DNA of 64,000 nucleotides from Bacteroidales bacterium UBA2030 (GTDB lineage Bacteria > Bacteroidota > Bacteroidia > Bacteroidales > TTA-H9): positions 5,882 to 69,881 of the forward strand of contig DDBO01000164.1 of assembly GCA_002332755.1 (NCBI GenBank). The letters run 5' to 3'. Every line of letters begins with the position of its first letter. Positions within the stretch are counted from its first letter, which is position 1. Positions 49,348-59,919 of this stretch are shown piece after piece. The notes under the pieces were generated by a model that saw only the letters and a program-made list of their open reading frames with translations, had not been told where the DNA came from and did not search any database. A program made the position numbers and the translations under genes.

Positions 49348-49565
49348 ATTCATTTGCCGGGTATAAAACACCTGCCTTAATATACATGGAGTACATTTTT
49401 TTACAGTGATTACTCCAAAAACATTTGAATAGATGAATTGGGTTTGCATTTTTATTGCCACAACTATGTAAATAACAGTAAAACAACTAATTACAAAATC
49501 AGGGTAATTCTTCCATAAACTTTTCGTAGATACCTTAAAAAAGTGCATTATTCATGTATTATTCT

Positions 49566-49573
49566 TAGTTTTG
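49566..49573 (+). promoter_or_regulatory. -7 box TAgtTTTG for maeB
   Basis: Perfect TAnnTTTG, 55 nt upstream of ATG 49629. Confidence 0.45.
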
Positions 49574-49628
49574 TTTGATCATCCACCAACCAGGAAAAAC
49601 ATCGACCAATAACCAAAACCTGAACCTT

Positions 49629-51914
49629 ATGAGTACGCCAGACAAGAGTTTCTTAACCAAACTGGCCCTAGCCTACCATGCAGAGGGCCGACCCGGGAAA
49701 ATAGAGGTGAAACCCACTAAACCTTATCATTCCCAACGCGATCTTTCACTGGCATATACTCCGGGGGTAGCCATACCCTGCCTGGAGATCCAGAAGAATC
49801 CTGAAGATGTATATAAATACACGACTAAAGGAAATCTGGTGGCTGTTATAAGCAACGGAACGGCAGTTCTGGGACTCGGTGATATCGGACCCGAAGCCGG
49901 CAAACCGGTGATGGAAGGGAAAGGATTTCTGTTTAAAATCTATGCAGACATAGATGTTTTCGACATAGAAATCAATGAAAAAGACCCGGATCGTCTTGTC
50001 CAAATCATTAAGGCCATTTCACCGACCTTTGGGGGAATTAACCTTGAGGATATAAAGGCTCCGGAGTGTTTCGAAATTGAAGAAAGACTTAAAGAAGAGC
50101 TCGACATTCCACTGATGCATGACGACCAGCACGGTACGGCCATTATAACATCGGCAGGCTTACTCAATGCCCTGGAAATCAATGGTAAAGACATATCTAA
50201 AATTCGTATTGTGGTTAACGGAGCAGGAGCAGCAGCAATTTCGTGCATCAAGCTTTACATCAAGCTCGGTGCACGCCCCGAAAACATTATCATGTTTGAT
50301 AGCAAAGGAATGCTGCATAAATCGCGTACCGACCTCAACCCCATAAAAAGGCAATTTGCCCGGGAGGGCAAAATATACACCCTTGATGAAGCCCTTGATG
50401 GAGCAGATATGTTTTTAGGATTATCGGTAGCCGGGGTTCTACAAAAAGAGTGGTTGATGAAAATGGCACCCCATCCTATTGTTTTCGCATTGGCCAATCC
50501 GGTACCAGAAATAACTTATGAGGAAGGGACATCAGCCCGAAGCGATATCATTATGGCAACTGGCCGTAGCGATTATCCCAATCAGATTAACAATGTACTG
50601 GGATTCCCATTCATTTTCCGAGGTGCACTTGATGTAAGAGCGACCAAAATAAACGATGAGATGAAATTAGCAGCTGCATATGCTCTTGCACATTTGGCCA
50701 AAGAACCCACTCCGGAAGAAGTCAATCGGGCTTATGGTGTGACTAATTTAAAATTCGGCCCGGAATATATTATACCCAAGCCCAACGACCCCCGATTGAT
50801 TTTGCATGTGGCTCCTGCCGTTGCACAGGCAGCCATGGAAACAGGGGTTGCACGCCAGCCTATTACCAATTGGGAGGCTTACCGCGAAGAATTAAGTCGG
50901 CGAATGGGGCTGGGTAATCCTATCATTCGGCAAATTAAGGCGAAAGCACAAAAAAATCCGCAGCGTATAGTATTTGCAGAGGCAGAAAATTATAAGATTC
51001 TGAAAGCTGCTGAAATCTGTTTGCAGGAAGGAATCACCAAACCCATTCTCTTAGGAAATGAAGCCCGCATTCGAAAATTAATCATTGAAAACGATCTGGA
51101 GCTGGAGGATGTTGAAATTATCGATCCTCGTTCAGAGAAAGAGAGGGAGCGCCGGCAGGAATTTGCCCGTTTGTTTCATGAGAAACGTTGCCGCAAAGGA
51201 GTCACATTGCAACTGGCCTGCGAACGTATGCACCATAGGAACTATTTCGGCCCCATGCTGGTTGAAAATGGATATGCTGATGGAATGATTTCCGGACTTA
51301 CCACATCTTATCCAGATACAATTCGTCCCGCATTGGAAATCATTGGAAAGCAAGACCGGTGGAACATTGTATCGGGCATGTATATTCTTAATACAAGCAA
51401 AGGCATGCTCTTTTTTGCCGATACCACCGTCAATATGAATCCCACAGCCGATACACTTGTAGAAATTACCTTACAAGTGGCTGAAGCCGTCAAAAATTTC
51501 GGCATAACACCGCGGGTGGCCATGGTTTCATATTCCAATTTTGGATCAGTTAAAGGAGCCATACCCGCCAAAGTACAAAACGCCGTGGCACGTCTGCACG
51601 CCGAGTATCCTGATTTAATAGTGGATGGAGACATTCAGGCAGACTTTGCCCTTAACCCGGAAATGATGAAAGAGTATTTCCCTTGGTCGAAATTGGCTGA
51701 TGCACCAGCCAATGTCTTTATTTTCCCCTATTTAACAGCGGGAAATGCAGCCTATAAACTGGTGATGCAGCTTTCTGACCGCGATGCCATAGGCCCGGTA
51801 TTACTTGGCTTGCGAAAACCAGTGCATGTCTTACAAATGGGGAGCACGGTAAATAACATTGTAAACATGGTATGCCTGGCTACCCTCGACGCCCAGCGAC
51901 TGAAAGAAAGTTAA
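49629..51914 (+). CDS. maeB: NADP-dependent malic enzyme (malic enzyme domain plus phosphotransacetylase-like C-terminal domain)
   Basis: The ~760-aa two-domain layout matches MaeB, with [22 protein letters not shown] and VVNGAGAAA (NAD(P) fold) and a PTA-like C-terminal half. The start was moved to ATG 49629 (MSTPDKSF). Confidence 0.92.
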   Translation: MSTPDKSFLTKLALAYHAEGRPGKIEVKPTKPYHSQRDLSLAYTPGVAIPCLEIQKNPEDVYKYTTKGNLVAVISNGTAVLGLGDIGPEAGKPVMEGKGFLFKIYADIDVFDIEINEKDPDRLVQIIKAISPTFGGINLEDIKAPECFEIEERLKEELDIPLMHDDQHGTAIITSAGLLNALEINGKDISKIRIVVNGAGAAAISCIKLYIKLGARPENIIMFDSKGMLHKSRTDLNPIKRQFAREGKIYTLDEALDGADMFLGLSVAGVLQKEWLMKMAPHPIVFALANPVPEITYEEGTSARSDIIMATGRSDYPNQINNVLGFPFIFRGALDVRATKINDEMKLAAAYALAHLAKEPTPEEVNRAYGVTNLKFGPEYIIPKPNDPRLILHVAPAVAQAAMETGVARQPITNWEAYREELSRRMGLGNPIIRQIKAKAQKNPQRIVFAEAENYKILKAAEICLQEGITKPILLGNEARIRKLIIENDLELEDVEIIDPRSEKERERRQEFARLFHEKRCRKGVTLQLACERMHHRNYFGPMLVENGYADGMISGLTTSYPDTIRPALEIIGKQDRWNIVSGMYILNTSKGMLFFADTTVNMNPTADTLVEITLQVAEAVKNFGITPRVAMVSYSNFGSVKGAIPAKVQNAVARLHAEYPDLIVDGDIQADFALNPEMMKEYFPWSKLADAPANVFIFPYLTAGNAAYKLVMQLSDRDAIGPVLLGLRKPVHVLQMGSTVNNIVNMVCLATLDAQRLKES

Positions 51915-52161
51915 ATAGTTTGATATCAACCCTATCGGTTCTGAAAAAGAACCACAATCAATCCCAGAACGAGCATCCCACATCATTCAAAAATTTGTAA
52001 CTTAAACAGGGTAAGAGGGACCTTTTATTCGAGCCCCCTTTTTAAGGTTTTCAGTGTTAATATGGATAAAGATGAGAATTAGCAGGGGGTTAAAAAAACA
52101 GAAAACGTTTGCGGATTCAAAATCAATTTAGATATTTGCATACTAAATAAAATACTCACTT

Positions 52162-53799
52162 ATGGCAATTAACATACAGAAAATCAAAGCCGACCTGAGC
52201 AGCTACGGACTTGAAAATGTTGGCGAAATTTATTACAATCTCAGTTATGAGGAACTTTTTAAACATGAAACAGACCCTTCCCTCGAAGGCTACGAAAAAG
52301 GTTTTGTCACCAATACAGGGGCTGTTGCTGTTGACACAGGTATTTTTACAGGACGTTCACCCAAAGACAAATACATAGTAGAAGAAGAAACCTCAAAAAA
52401 CCATATTTGGTGGAAAACACCCGGCCGTAAATCAAGCGACAATAAACCCATCAGTGAAGCTGTATGGAAAGATTTGTATGACATTTCGGCTCGCCAGCTA
52501 AGTGGCAAACGATTATATGTACAGGATGGTTTTGCCGGCGCAAACCCTGACACCCGCTTAAGGATAAGAGTGGTTACCGAAGTTGCTTGGATGGCCCATT
52601 TTGTTAAAAATATGTTTATCAGGCCTACCGAAGAAGAACTTGAAAACTTCGAGCCCGATTTTGTGATGCTCAATGCCTGCAAAACTACCGACCCCCAATG
52701 GAAAGAACACGGATTGAATAGTGAAGTGTTTGTTGCATTCAATTTAAAAGAACGCCGTGCTGTGGTAGGGGGCACCTGGTATGGAGGTGAAATCAAAAAA
52801 GGATTTTTCTCGGTGATGAACTATTATTTGCCCCTGAAAGGTATAGCATCGATGCATTGCTCGGCCAATGTTGGTGAAAAAGGAGATGTTGCCGTATTTT
52901 TCGGATTATCAGGCACCGGAAAAACCACCCTTTCAGCTGATCCGAAGCGTAAGCTCATTGGTGACGATGAACATGGCTGGGACGAAGACGGCATCTTTAA
53001 CTTTGAAGGAGGATGTTATGCCAAATGCATCAACTTAAGCAAGGAAAACGAACCCGATATTTACAATGCTATTCGTCGTGATGCTTTACTCGAAAATGTA
53101 GTTTACGACCCTGCTACCGGAGAAATAGACTTCAGCAGTGCTGCCAAAACCGAAAATACCCGTGTTTCGTATCCTATTTATCATATTAATAATATTGTCA
53201 AACCTGTATCGAAAGCAGGACATGCAACGAAAATCATCTTCCTGACGGCCGATGCTTTTGGCGTATTGCCTCCTGTAGCTAAACTCACCCGAGAACAAAC
53301 GATGTATTATTTTCTCACCGGATACACAGCAAAAGTAGCCGGCACTGAAAGAGGCATCAAGGAACCAAGTCCTACCTTCTCGAGCTGTTTTGGTGCCGCT
53401 TTTCTGCTCTTACATCCCACAGTTTATGCTCAAGAATTGGCCAAAAAAATTGATCAACACGGCAGCCAGGCTTACCTGGTAAATACGGGATGGATTGGTG
53501 GCCCTTATGGCATTGGTAAACGAATTGATATACCCAGTACCCGCGCTATCATTGATGCAATACTCGATGGCTCCATTGATGAAGCCGAATTTGAAGTATT
53601 GCCCTACTTCAATCTTGCTGTACCCAAAAAGGTCAATAAAGTTGACGGTAAAATTCTATTTCCTCGCAATTTATGGAGTAATCCTGCCGACTGGGATAAG
53701 GCTGCCATGGACCTTGCCAAAAAATTCATCGACAACTTTGAAAGCTTCACCGACAATGAAGAAGGTCGCAAATTGGTAGCTGCAGGCCCGACAATCTGA
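52162..53799 (+). CDS. pckA: phosphoenolpyruvate carboxykinase (ATP)
   Basis: It has the kinase-1a motif [13 protein letters not shown] and is 545 aa long, with the ATP-type PEPCK layout. Confidence 0.96.
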   Translation: MAINIQKIKADLSSYGLENVGEIYYNLSYEELFKHETDPSLEGYEKGFVTNTGAVAVDTGIFTGRSPKDKYIVEEETSKNHIWWKTPGRKSSDNKPISEAVWKDLYDISARQLSGKRLYVQDGFAGANPDTRLRIRVVTEVAWMAHFVKNMFIRPTEEELENFEPDFVMLNACKTTDPQWKEHGLNSEVFVAFNLKERRAVVGGTWYGGEIKKGFFSVMNYYLPLKGIASMHCSANVGEKGDVAVFFGLSGTGKTTLSADPKRKLIGDDEHGWDEDGIFNFEGGCYAKCINLSKENEPDIYNAIRRDALLENVVYDPATGEIDFSSAAKTENTRVSYPIYHINNIVKPVSKAGHATKIIFLTADAFGVLPPVAKLTREQTMYYFLTGYTAKVAGTERGIKEPSPTFSSCFGAAFLLLHPTVYAQELAKKIDQHGSQAYLVNTGWIGGPYGIGKRIDIPSTRAIIDAILDGSIDEAEFEVLPYFNLAVPKKVNKVDGKILFPRNLWSNPADWDKAAMDLAKKFIDNFESFTDNEEGRKLVAAGPTI

Positions 53800-53863
53800 T
53801 ATTTTGATGCAAATTTGCCAACTCTTTCTATGACTTAAAGTATTCACCTAAAACGATAATTCC

Positions 53864-54808
53864 ATGAATAAAATCACAGTAATTGGAGCTGGTAATGTGG
53901 GCGCTACCGTTGCCAATGTAATAGCCCACAAGGATCTTTGCCGTGAGCTGGTGCTGGTCGACATTAAGGAGGGTCTTGCCGAGGGTAAGGCTCTTGATAT
54001 TTGGCAAGCCGGCCCTATCAACCATTTTAATACAAAAGTGGTGGGGGTCACCAACGACTACCTTCGCACCAAAGGTTCAGGAGTAGTGGTCATTACTTCC
54101 GGATTGCCCAGAAAACCGGGTATGAGTCGCGATGACCTGATTAAAACAAATGCCTTGATCGTTAAGGAAGTTACCGAAAAGGTCATCAAGTATTCTCCAG
54201 AAGCCATTATCATAGTTGTATCAAACCCTCTTGATGTGATGACATATGCTGCCTGGAAAGCTGCAGCCAAGTCGCACTCAAAGGTATTTGGGATGGCAGG
54301 TATTCTCGACACCGGTCGCTACAAAACTTTCATTGCCAATGCACTTGATGTATCCCCCAAAGACGTACATGGTCTTCTGCTTGGCGGACATGGCGACACC
54401 ATGGTTCCCCTCCCTCGTTACACCTCTGTAAATGGTATTCCTATCACCGACCTTTTAGGCAAAGATGAAATTGATAAAATTGTAGAACGTACCCGCAAAG
54501 GTGGAGGTGAACTTGTCAACCTGATGGGTACCTCGGCATGGTATGCTCCCGGAGCTGCTGCTGCCCAAATGGTAGAAGCCATCGTTGACGACCAGAGGAG
54601 AGTATTCCCTGTAAGCGCTTACCTTAACGGAGAATTTGGTTTGAAAGATGTATTCGTAGGAGTACCCGTAAAACTGGGGCGCAATGGCATTGAAGAAATC
54701 ATCGAAATCAAGCTCAACGAAGAGGAAATGAAAATGCTGCACGAATCTGCCAAAGCCGTTAAAGAGTTAATGAACGCACTGGACGATATGAAAATCTTTG
54801 ACGAATAA
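53864..54808 (+). CDS. mdh: malate dehydrogenase (LDH-like family)
   Basis: It has VIGAGNVG (Rossmann fold) and GLPRKPGMSRDDL with the substrate-specifying Arg. 314 aa. Confidence 0.95.
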   Translation: MNKITVIGAGNVGATVANVIAHKDLCRELVLVDIKEGLAEGKALDIWQAGPINHFNTKVVGVTNDYLRTKGSGVVVITSGLPRKPGMSRDDLIKTNALIVKEVTEKVIKYSPEAIIIVVSNPLDVMTYAAWKAAAKSHSKVFGMAGILDTGRYKTFIANALDVSPKDVHGLLLGGHGDTMVPLPRYTSVNGIPITDLLGKDEIDKIVERTRKGGGELVNLMGTSAWYAPGAAAAQMVEAIVDDQRRVFPVSAYLNGEFGLKDVFVGVPVKLGRNGIEEIIEIKLNEEEMKMLHESAKAVKELMNALDDMKIFDE

Positions 54809-54828
54809 GAAATCCCTTTCCAACAATC

Positions 54829-54876
54829 AAAAACAACCGCAGTCTGATATCCTTTGGACTGCGGTTGCTGTTTTTT
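54829..54876. terminator. bidirectional terminator between convergent mdh and the permease gene
   Basis: An 11-bp stem caaccgcagtc (54834-54844) pairs with gactgcggttg (54857-54867). It is flanked by an A5 run upstream and ctgTTTTTT downstream. Confidence 0.75.
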
Positions 54877-54892
54877 ATGTAGGCAAAAAAAA

Positions 54893-56158
54893 CTATTCAT
54901 TGATTTCCAAACCGGTTATCCGTCTTATTATCCATAACAGAAGCGAGAGCCCCATTCCCACCACGGCCGCAAGGGCCATACCTCTGAGCTGCACAACACC
55001 GATATTAATACTGGCCCCACTGATGCCGGCCACGAAGGTAAGGGCACCCAGCACCATATTTTTATTTTTACTGAAATCGACTTTCTGCTCTACAAAAATG
55101 CGTAAACCCTGTACAGCAATCACTCCGTAAAGCAACAAAGTAATGCCACCCATAACAGCCGTTGGTATTATCGAAATAGCGGCTGAAATTTTTCCTACCA
55201 ATGAAAACAGAATAGCCAAAACAGCGGCTCCCCTGATAACCCAGACAGAATAAACCCGTGTTATTGCCATTACACCAATATTTTCACCATAAGTAGTATT
55301 GGGTGGCGAACCTGCAAACCCAGAAATCAAATTTGAAACCCCGTCTCCTAATAATGAAAGATGAAGGCCGGGTTTTCGCATCAAATCTTTGCCGGTAATT
55401 CCGGCGGTAACTATCAGGTGGCTGATGTGCTCAGCTAAAACCACAATACAGGCCGGAGCAATGATTATGATAGCACGAGGATCGTACACAGGAGTGTGAA
55501 AACGGGGTAAAGCTATCCATGAAGCCTCTCTGACAGGTTCCGTATCAACCATACCCATAAACAATGCTAATAAGGTGCCAGCCACTACTGCAAGCAAAAC
55601 CGGAATGACCCGAAGAAACCCCCTGAAATACAAGGAAGCTACTACACCCACAGCAAGGGTAAATAAAGAAACCGTTAATACCCTTGTATCGGCCGAAGCA
55701 TCAGACTGATGTATAAGACCAGCCTGCCGGGCGGCAACGGGAGCCAACTCGAGACCGATAATGGATACTACTGCCCCCATAACTGCCGGTGGCATCACAA
55801 TATCAATCCAAGCAATTCCCCAGCGACTAACCACCAATGAAATTACAATAAAAAAGAGTCCAAAAAAGATAAAACCCGATTGAGCATGCTGGAATCCCCC
55901 ATACGACTGGATAACAAGCAGAACAGGAGAGATAAAAGCAAAACTGGATCCGAGATAAGCGGGAATCCCCCCTCGGGTTACCCAGGTATAAATAAGGGTT
56001 CCAATCCCATTCATGAGCAAGGCAATGGCAGGATCAATGCCAAGCAAAATGGGAACGAGGATAGTGGCACCAAACATTGCCGTCAAGTGTTGAAGGCTCA
56101 GTGGGAGGCTTTCCGCTAAAGGCAGGTGTTCTTCAATTCCGATGATTCTTCTTTTCAT
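54893..56158 (-). CDS. uracil/xanthine permease (NCS2 family)
   Basis: It has about 12-14 TM helices and an NCS2-like layout (…TAMFGATILVPILLG…, …GENIGVMAITRV…). The start was moved from TTG 56164 to ATG 56158. Confidence 0.8.
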   Translation of the reverse strand: MKRRIIGIEEHLPLAESLPLSLQHLTAMFGATILVPILLGIDPAIALLMNGIGTLIYTWVTRGGIPAYLGSSFAFISPVLLVIQSYGGFQHAQSGFIFFGLFFIVISLVVSRWGIAWIDIVMPPAVMGAVVSIIGLELAPVAARQAGLIHQSDASADTRVLTVSLFTLAVGVVASLYFRGFLRVIPVLLAVVAGTLLALFMGMVDTEPVREASWIALPRFHTPVYDPRAIIIIAPACIVVLAEHISHLIVTAGITGKDLMRKPGLHLSLLGDGVSNLISGFAGSPPNTTYGENIGVMAITRVYSVWVIRGAAVLAILFSLVGKISAAISIIPTAVMGGITLLLYGVIAVQGLRIFVEQKVDFSKNKNMVLGALTFVAGISGASINIGVVQLRGMALAAVVGMGLSLLLWIIRRITGLEINE

Positions 56159-56208
56159 TGTCAAAGTATTGGTTTGGGTTTATGATTTATTAGGTCGATC
56201 ATCTGAGC

Positions 56209-56240
56209 AAAAAAAAACTGCAGCCTTTGATGCTGCAGCC
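56209..56240 (-). terminator. rho-independent terminator (second of a tandem pair)
   Basis: On the minus strand, stem ctgcagc pairs with gctgcag around loop atcaaag, followed by T9. Confidence 0.75.
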
Positions 56241-56253
56241 CAATGAATTTCAT

Positions 56254-56276
56254 AAAAAAACCCGGGATTACCGGGT
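56254..56276 (-). terminator. rho-independent terminator (first of a tandem pair)
   Basis: On the minus strand, stem acccgg pairs with ccgggt around a 5-nt loop, followed by T7. Confidence 0.65.
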
Positions 56277-56416
56277 AAGGCAAAATTTTGATGTTGTATT
56301 AGGAGATAATTCTGATGCATTCCGGATGTTATTCCGGGCGGCAAAAGTAAAAATTTTTAAACAAAAATGCGTTGGTGATGAAAGAAAGTCGGGTCTTCCA
56401 GTAATCAATTTTCACA

Positions 56417-57154
56417 TTATTGATTTTTAGCAGCTTGAACAATATCCAGCATAAGAGAAAGATCTTTTTCGAGGCTGTTACCCACCACCAGAAGGTCGGC
56501 GCCTGCCTGAGCAGCCGATTTAGCTTTGTCGGGGTGGTTGATACCACCGCCCACAATGATAGGAATACTAATTGCCGTCTTAACTTTGGTAATCATCTCT
56601 GAACTAACAGGGTGAAAAGCCCCGCTTCCGGCATCGAGGTAGATTAATTTCATGCCAAGCATCTCACCGGCCATGGCCGTACAAGCAGCTACATCGGGTT
56701 TATTTCCGGGAATAGGAAAACTGTGACTGATGTAATGGGCTGTCGTGTAGTTTTCGTTGCCTACAAGCATGTAACCCGTTGCAATGATTTCGAGGCCACT
56801 ACGTCTCAGATAAGGTGCTGCCACAACATGCTGCCCAATGAGCAATTCCGGATTCCGACCCGAAATAAGGGAAAGTAAGAGAATGGCATCGGCTTCCGGA
56901 TGAATTTGCAAGTGACTTCCCGGAAATAAAACAATAGGTAATTGTGTGTTCTGCCGGAGAATATGAATACAAGAATCGAGTGCATCGGCCAGGAGCAGGC
57001 TGCCCCCAACAAAAATAAAATCCACTCCCGATTCAGTAGCTTTAAGGGCAACTTGTTCAAAGCTCTCGCTGTGCTGTTGCTCGGGGTCGACCAGCACGGC
57101 CACCTGGGTGCCGCCTCTGTGCTTGTTTTCAAGTATTTGTTGGTAAACCGACAT
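56417..57154 (-). CDS. geranylgeranylglyceryl phosphate synthase family protein (PcrB/GGGPS homolog)
   Basis: 245-aa TIM-barrel-length ORF with VDFIFVGGS, IYLDAGSGA and IPIIVGGGI motifs typical of the GGGPS/PcrB family. Confidence 0.8.
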   Translation of the reverse strand: MSVYQQILENKHRGGTQVAVLVDPEQQHSESFEQVALKATESGVDFIFVGGSLLLADALDSCIHILRQNTQLPIVLFPGSHLQIHPEADAILLLSLISGRNPELLIGQHVVAAPYLRRSGLEIIATGYMLVGNENYTTAHYISHSFPIPGNKPDVAACTAMAGEMLGMKLIYLDAGSGAFHPVSSEMITKVKTAISIPIIVGGGINHPDKAKSAAQAGADLLVVGNSLEKDLSLMLDIVQAAKNQ

Positions 57155-57179
57155 TAAGGGGATTAAAATGTTTGATTAG

Positions 57180-57187
57180 CAAAAATA
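57180..57187 (-). promoter_or_regulatory. -7 box TAttTTTG for the GGGPS-like gene
   Basis: Perfect TAnnTTTG on the minus strand, 25 nt upstream of ATG 57154. Confidence 0.55.
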
Positions 57188-57247
57188 AACAAAGAAGCAG
57201 GATTTTCGGGAAATTACATAAAGTTTAACAAATGAGGGTGAATCCTG

Positions 57248-58483
57248 TTATTGGATTATTTTTCTTAATTCGTTGAGTGCAGCCACAGCCGCCCGCTGAA
57301 TATTGCGTTCACGGCGATTACCCAAACGAAATTCAGTAGATACTATACCCTCAGGACCCGCAATAGCTATCCAGGTAAGACCCACCGGTTTTTCGACGGT
57401 TCCTCCATCAGGACCGGCAATTCCACTCACAGCAATGGCATAATCTGTCTTTAAGAGATTTCGGGCGCCAGCCGCCATGGCTTCTACCACCGGACGACTT
57501 ACAGCCCCATATTCATGTAATAAATTATTACTCACTCCCAGCAGATTCTCCTTAATTTCGTTGGCGTAGGAAACGACACTACCTTTATAGTATTGCGAGC
57601 TTCCCGGGATGGTTGTAATCAAGTGGGCGATATATCCGCCGGTGCAGCTCTCCGCTGTGCATAATGTCGCTTTGCGCGCTAACAGCATTCGGCCAATGGC
57701 CTTAGGCAAAGGTTCGTCTTCAAGGCTAAAAATATACTCAGGAATAATTTTCTGTAATTCTTCAACAAGGTTATTGACCTCAGCGTTGAGGGCTGCAGCA
57801 TCGTAGCCTGAAGCACTCAATCGCAACCTCACAACTCCGGGTGAAGGAAGATAGGCTAACTTGAAATGCGGAGGAAGATTCTTTTCCCATTCGGCAATTT
57901 TATCTGCCAGAAACGATTCTCCTATTCCGGCTGTCATTACCGTACGATGAACCAAAGCACCGCTTGCATACATTCTTTCAAGACGAGGCAATACCTCATT
58001 TTCCATGATGACTTCCATTTCGAAAGGTACTCCGGGAAGAGAAATCAGTTGACGGTTACCATCGGTAAACCACATCCCTCTGGCTGTACCTTCAGGGTTG
58101 GGCAGGCTGAGCGCATTTTCAGGTAACATGGCCTGTTGGCGGTTTGCCTCAGTAAGGGGTAAACCACGGGCGGTAAAAAAAGCCTCCACGTCTTTATAAG
58201 CCTCAGAATTGAAAACCAAATGCGTTCCAAAATATTCAGTCAGGGTTTGCTTGGTAATATCATCGCTGGTAGGCCCCAGACCACCTGTTGTGATTATTAA
58301 ATCCACCGAAGCAAATTCCTGATCGAGGCAGCGGATAATCTCTTCCCGGGAATCGCCAATGCTAAGCATCCTGTGAACCTTTATACCAATAGAATTTAGA
58401 CGCAAAGCAATCCAGGCTGAATTGGTATTGATAATTTGCCCTATTAAAATTTCATCACCTATGGTGACAATAGAAGCCTTCAT
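57248..58483 (-). CDS. cinA: CinA family protein (MoCF-type N-domain plus nicotinamide-nucleotide amidohydrolase PncC-like C-domain)
   Basis: It has MKASIVTIGDEILIGQIINTNSAWI and TTGGLGPTSDDITK in the N-domain and TAESCTGG in the C-domain. Confidence 0.9.
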   Translation of the reverse strand: MKASIVTIGDEILIGQIINTNSAWIALRLNSIGIKVHRMLSIGDSREEIIRCLDQEFASVDLIITTGGLGPTSDDITKQTLTEYFGTHLVFNSEAYKDVEAFFTARGLPLTEANRQQAMLPENALSLPNPEGTARGMWFTDGNRQLISLPGVPFEMEVIMENEVLPRLERMYASGALVHRTVMTAGIGESFLADKIAEWEKNLPPHFKLAYLPSPGVVRLRLSASGYDAAALNAEVNNLVEELQKIIPEYIFSLEDEPLPKAIGRMLLARKATLCTAESCTGGYIAHLITTIPGSSQYYKGSVVSYANEIKENLLGVSNNLLHEYGAVSRPVVEAMAAGARNLLKTDYAIAVSGIAGPDGGTVEKPVGLTWIAIAGPEGIVSTEFRLGNRRERNIQRAAVAALNELRKIIQ

Positions 58484-58505
58484 TCAATCATTGTTTTATT
58501 TCCGA

Positions 58506-58513
58506 CAAATTTA
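58506..58513 (-). promoter_or_regulatory. -7 box TAaaTTTG for cinA
   Basis: Perfect TAnnTTTG on the minus strand, 22 nt upstream of ATG 58483. Confidence 0.55.
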
Positions 58514-58611
58514 CGGGAATATTTAGAGAAGCTCTACGCTTGCTTCATCGTGCCAGTTATGAATATCCCAACGGACTTTTGATACCCCCTTCGGGCTCCG
58601 CTTAAAAAATG

Positions 58612-58619
58612 TATTTTTG
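58612..58619 (+). promoter_or_regulatory. -7 box TAttTTTG for gldF
   Basis: Perfect TAnnTTTG, 27 nt upstream of ATG 58647. Confidence 0.55.
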
Positions 58620-58646
58620 CCACAACTTTATTAAGTCATTGGTTCA

Positions 58647-59381
58647 ATGCTTACACTTCTCAGAAAGGAAATCAATGCTTTCCTCAACTCGGTAATTGGT
58701 TATGTAGTCCTGGTCGTTTTTTTGGTGGTAAATGGATTGTTTCTCTGGGTTTTCCCGCTCGATTTCAATATTCTTGATTTTGGATATGCCAACCTCGACG
58801 GGCTATTCATGTTGGCTCCTTTTGTGTTCCTTTTTCTGATACCTGCTATCACCATGCGATCATTTGCCGACGAAAGAAGCTACGGTACCATTGAAACTCT
58901 TTTCACCAAACCCCTTACCGATCTGCAGATCATCCTCGCGAAATACTTCGCTGCCGTGCTGCTGGTAGCATTCTCTCTACTCCCAACCCTTATTTATTAT
59001 TTAACCGTATATCATCTAGGATTACCCAAAGGCAACCTTGACTCGGGTGCCATTTGGGGTTCCTATATTGGTTTATTGTTTCTTGGTGCCAGCTTTGCCG
59101 CAATTGGTATTTTTGCCTCGAGCCTGACCGACAATCAAATAGTAGCCTTTATAGCAGGTGCAGGCATTGCCGCCTTTGTTTACCTGGGTTTTGAATTTAT
59201 TTATAGCCTTTCCTTTTTTGGCAAGGCCGACCTTTTTATCAAATCTTTGGGTATCAGCTCCCATTATGCTTCTATGAGCCGTGGAGTGATTGATACCCGC
59301 GATGTTATTTATTTTTTAAGTGTCATCGCTTTTTTCATTTTACTAACGCATTTTGTACTTGGACGCCGCAAATGGAAGTAA
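58647..59381 (+). CDS. gldF: ABC-2 type transporter permease, GldF-like
   Basis: 244 aa with 6 TM helices. LRKEINAFLNSVIGYVVLVVFLVVNGLFLWVF and LAPFVFLFLIPAITMRSFADERSYGTIETLFTKP match my recollection of GldF. Confidence 0.7.
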   Translation: MLTLLRKEINAFLNSVIGYVVLVVFLVVNGLFLWVFPLDFNILDFGYANLDGLFMLAPFVFLFLIPAITMRSFADERSYGTIETLFTKPLTDLQIILAKYFAAVLLVAFSLLPTLIYYLTVYHLGLPKGNLDSGAIWGSYIGLLFLGASFAAIGIFASSLTDNQIVAFIAGAGIAAFVYLGFEFIYSLSFFGKADLFIKSLGISSHYASMSRGVIDTRDVIYFLSVIAFFILLTHFVLGRRKWK

Positions 59382-59385
59382 CCTT

Positions 59386-59880
59386 ATGGAAGAAAAACTG
59401 AAGCATGTACGCCCCAGCTGGGACGAATATTTTATGGAAGTAGCCAACACTGTGGCCAAAAGGGCTACCTGCGACAGGGGTAGGGCTGGCTGCGTAATTG
59501 TTCGGGATAAGCAAATTCTTGTGACAGGATATGTGGGCAGCCCTGTTGGTTTCCCACATTGCGATGAGGTGGGTCATCTTTTCAAAAAAGTTATTCATGA
59601 AGATGGTACGGTTACTACTCATTGTGTGCGAACAGTACACGCCGAACAAAATGCCATTACACAGGCAGCCCGTCGGGGAATAGCCCTGGAGGGAGCCACT
59701 ATTTACGTAAGAATGACCCCCTGCCGGACTTGCGCTATGTTGCTTATCAACTGCGGGATAAAACGTGTGGTTTGCGAAAAAAAATATCATGCCGGCCACG
59801 AAAGCGAGGAGATGTTTGCTCAGGCCGGTATTGAATTGGTTTACCTGAACGAAGAGGTTTTAAAATACGATAACCAATAG
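59386..59880 (+). CDS. deoxycytidylate (dCMP) deaminase
   Basis: It has RPSWDEYFMEVA, HAEQNAI and PCRTCAMLLI zinc motifs. The start was moved to ATG 59386. Confidence 0.9.
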   Translation: MEEKLKHVRPSWDEYFMEVANTVAKRATCDRGRAGCVIVRDKQILVTGYVGSPVGFPHCDEVGHLFKKVIHEDGTVTTHCVRTVHAEQNAITQAARRGIALEGATIYVRMTPCRTCAMLLINCGIKRVVCEKKYHAGHESEEMFAQAGIELVYLNEEVLKYDNQ

Positions 59881-59919
59881 AGTCGATTTCATCCAAAATC
59901 AATCAAAATACAGCGAAAT

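Noticed and set aside
49300-49548. An 82-aa minus-strand ORF lies in the 344-nt gap upstream of maeB.
   Set aside because: It sits in an AT-rich promoter region with no -7 box or recognisable motifs. It would also read into the cargo-gene terminator, so it is probably a chance ORF.
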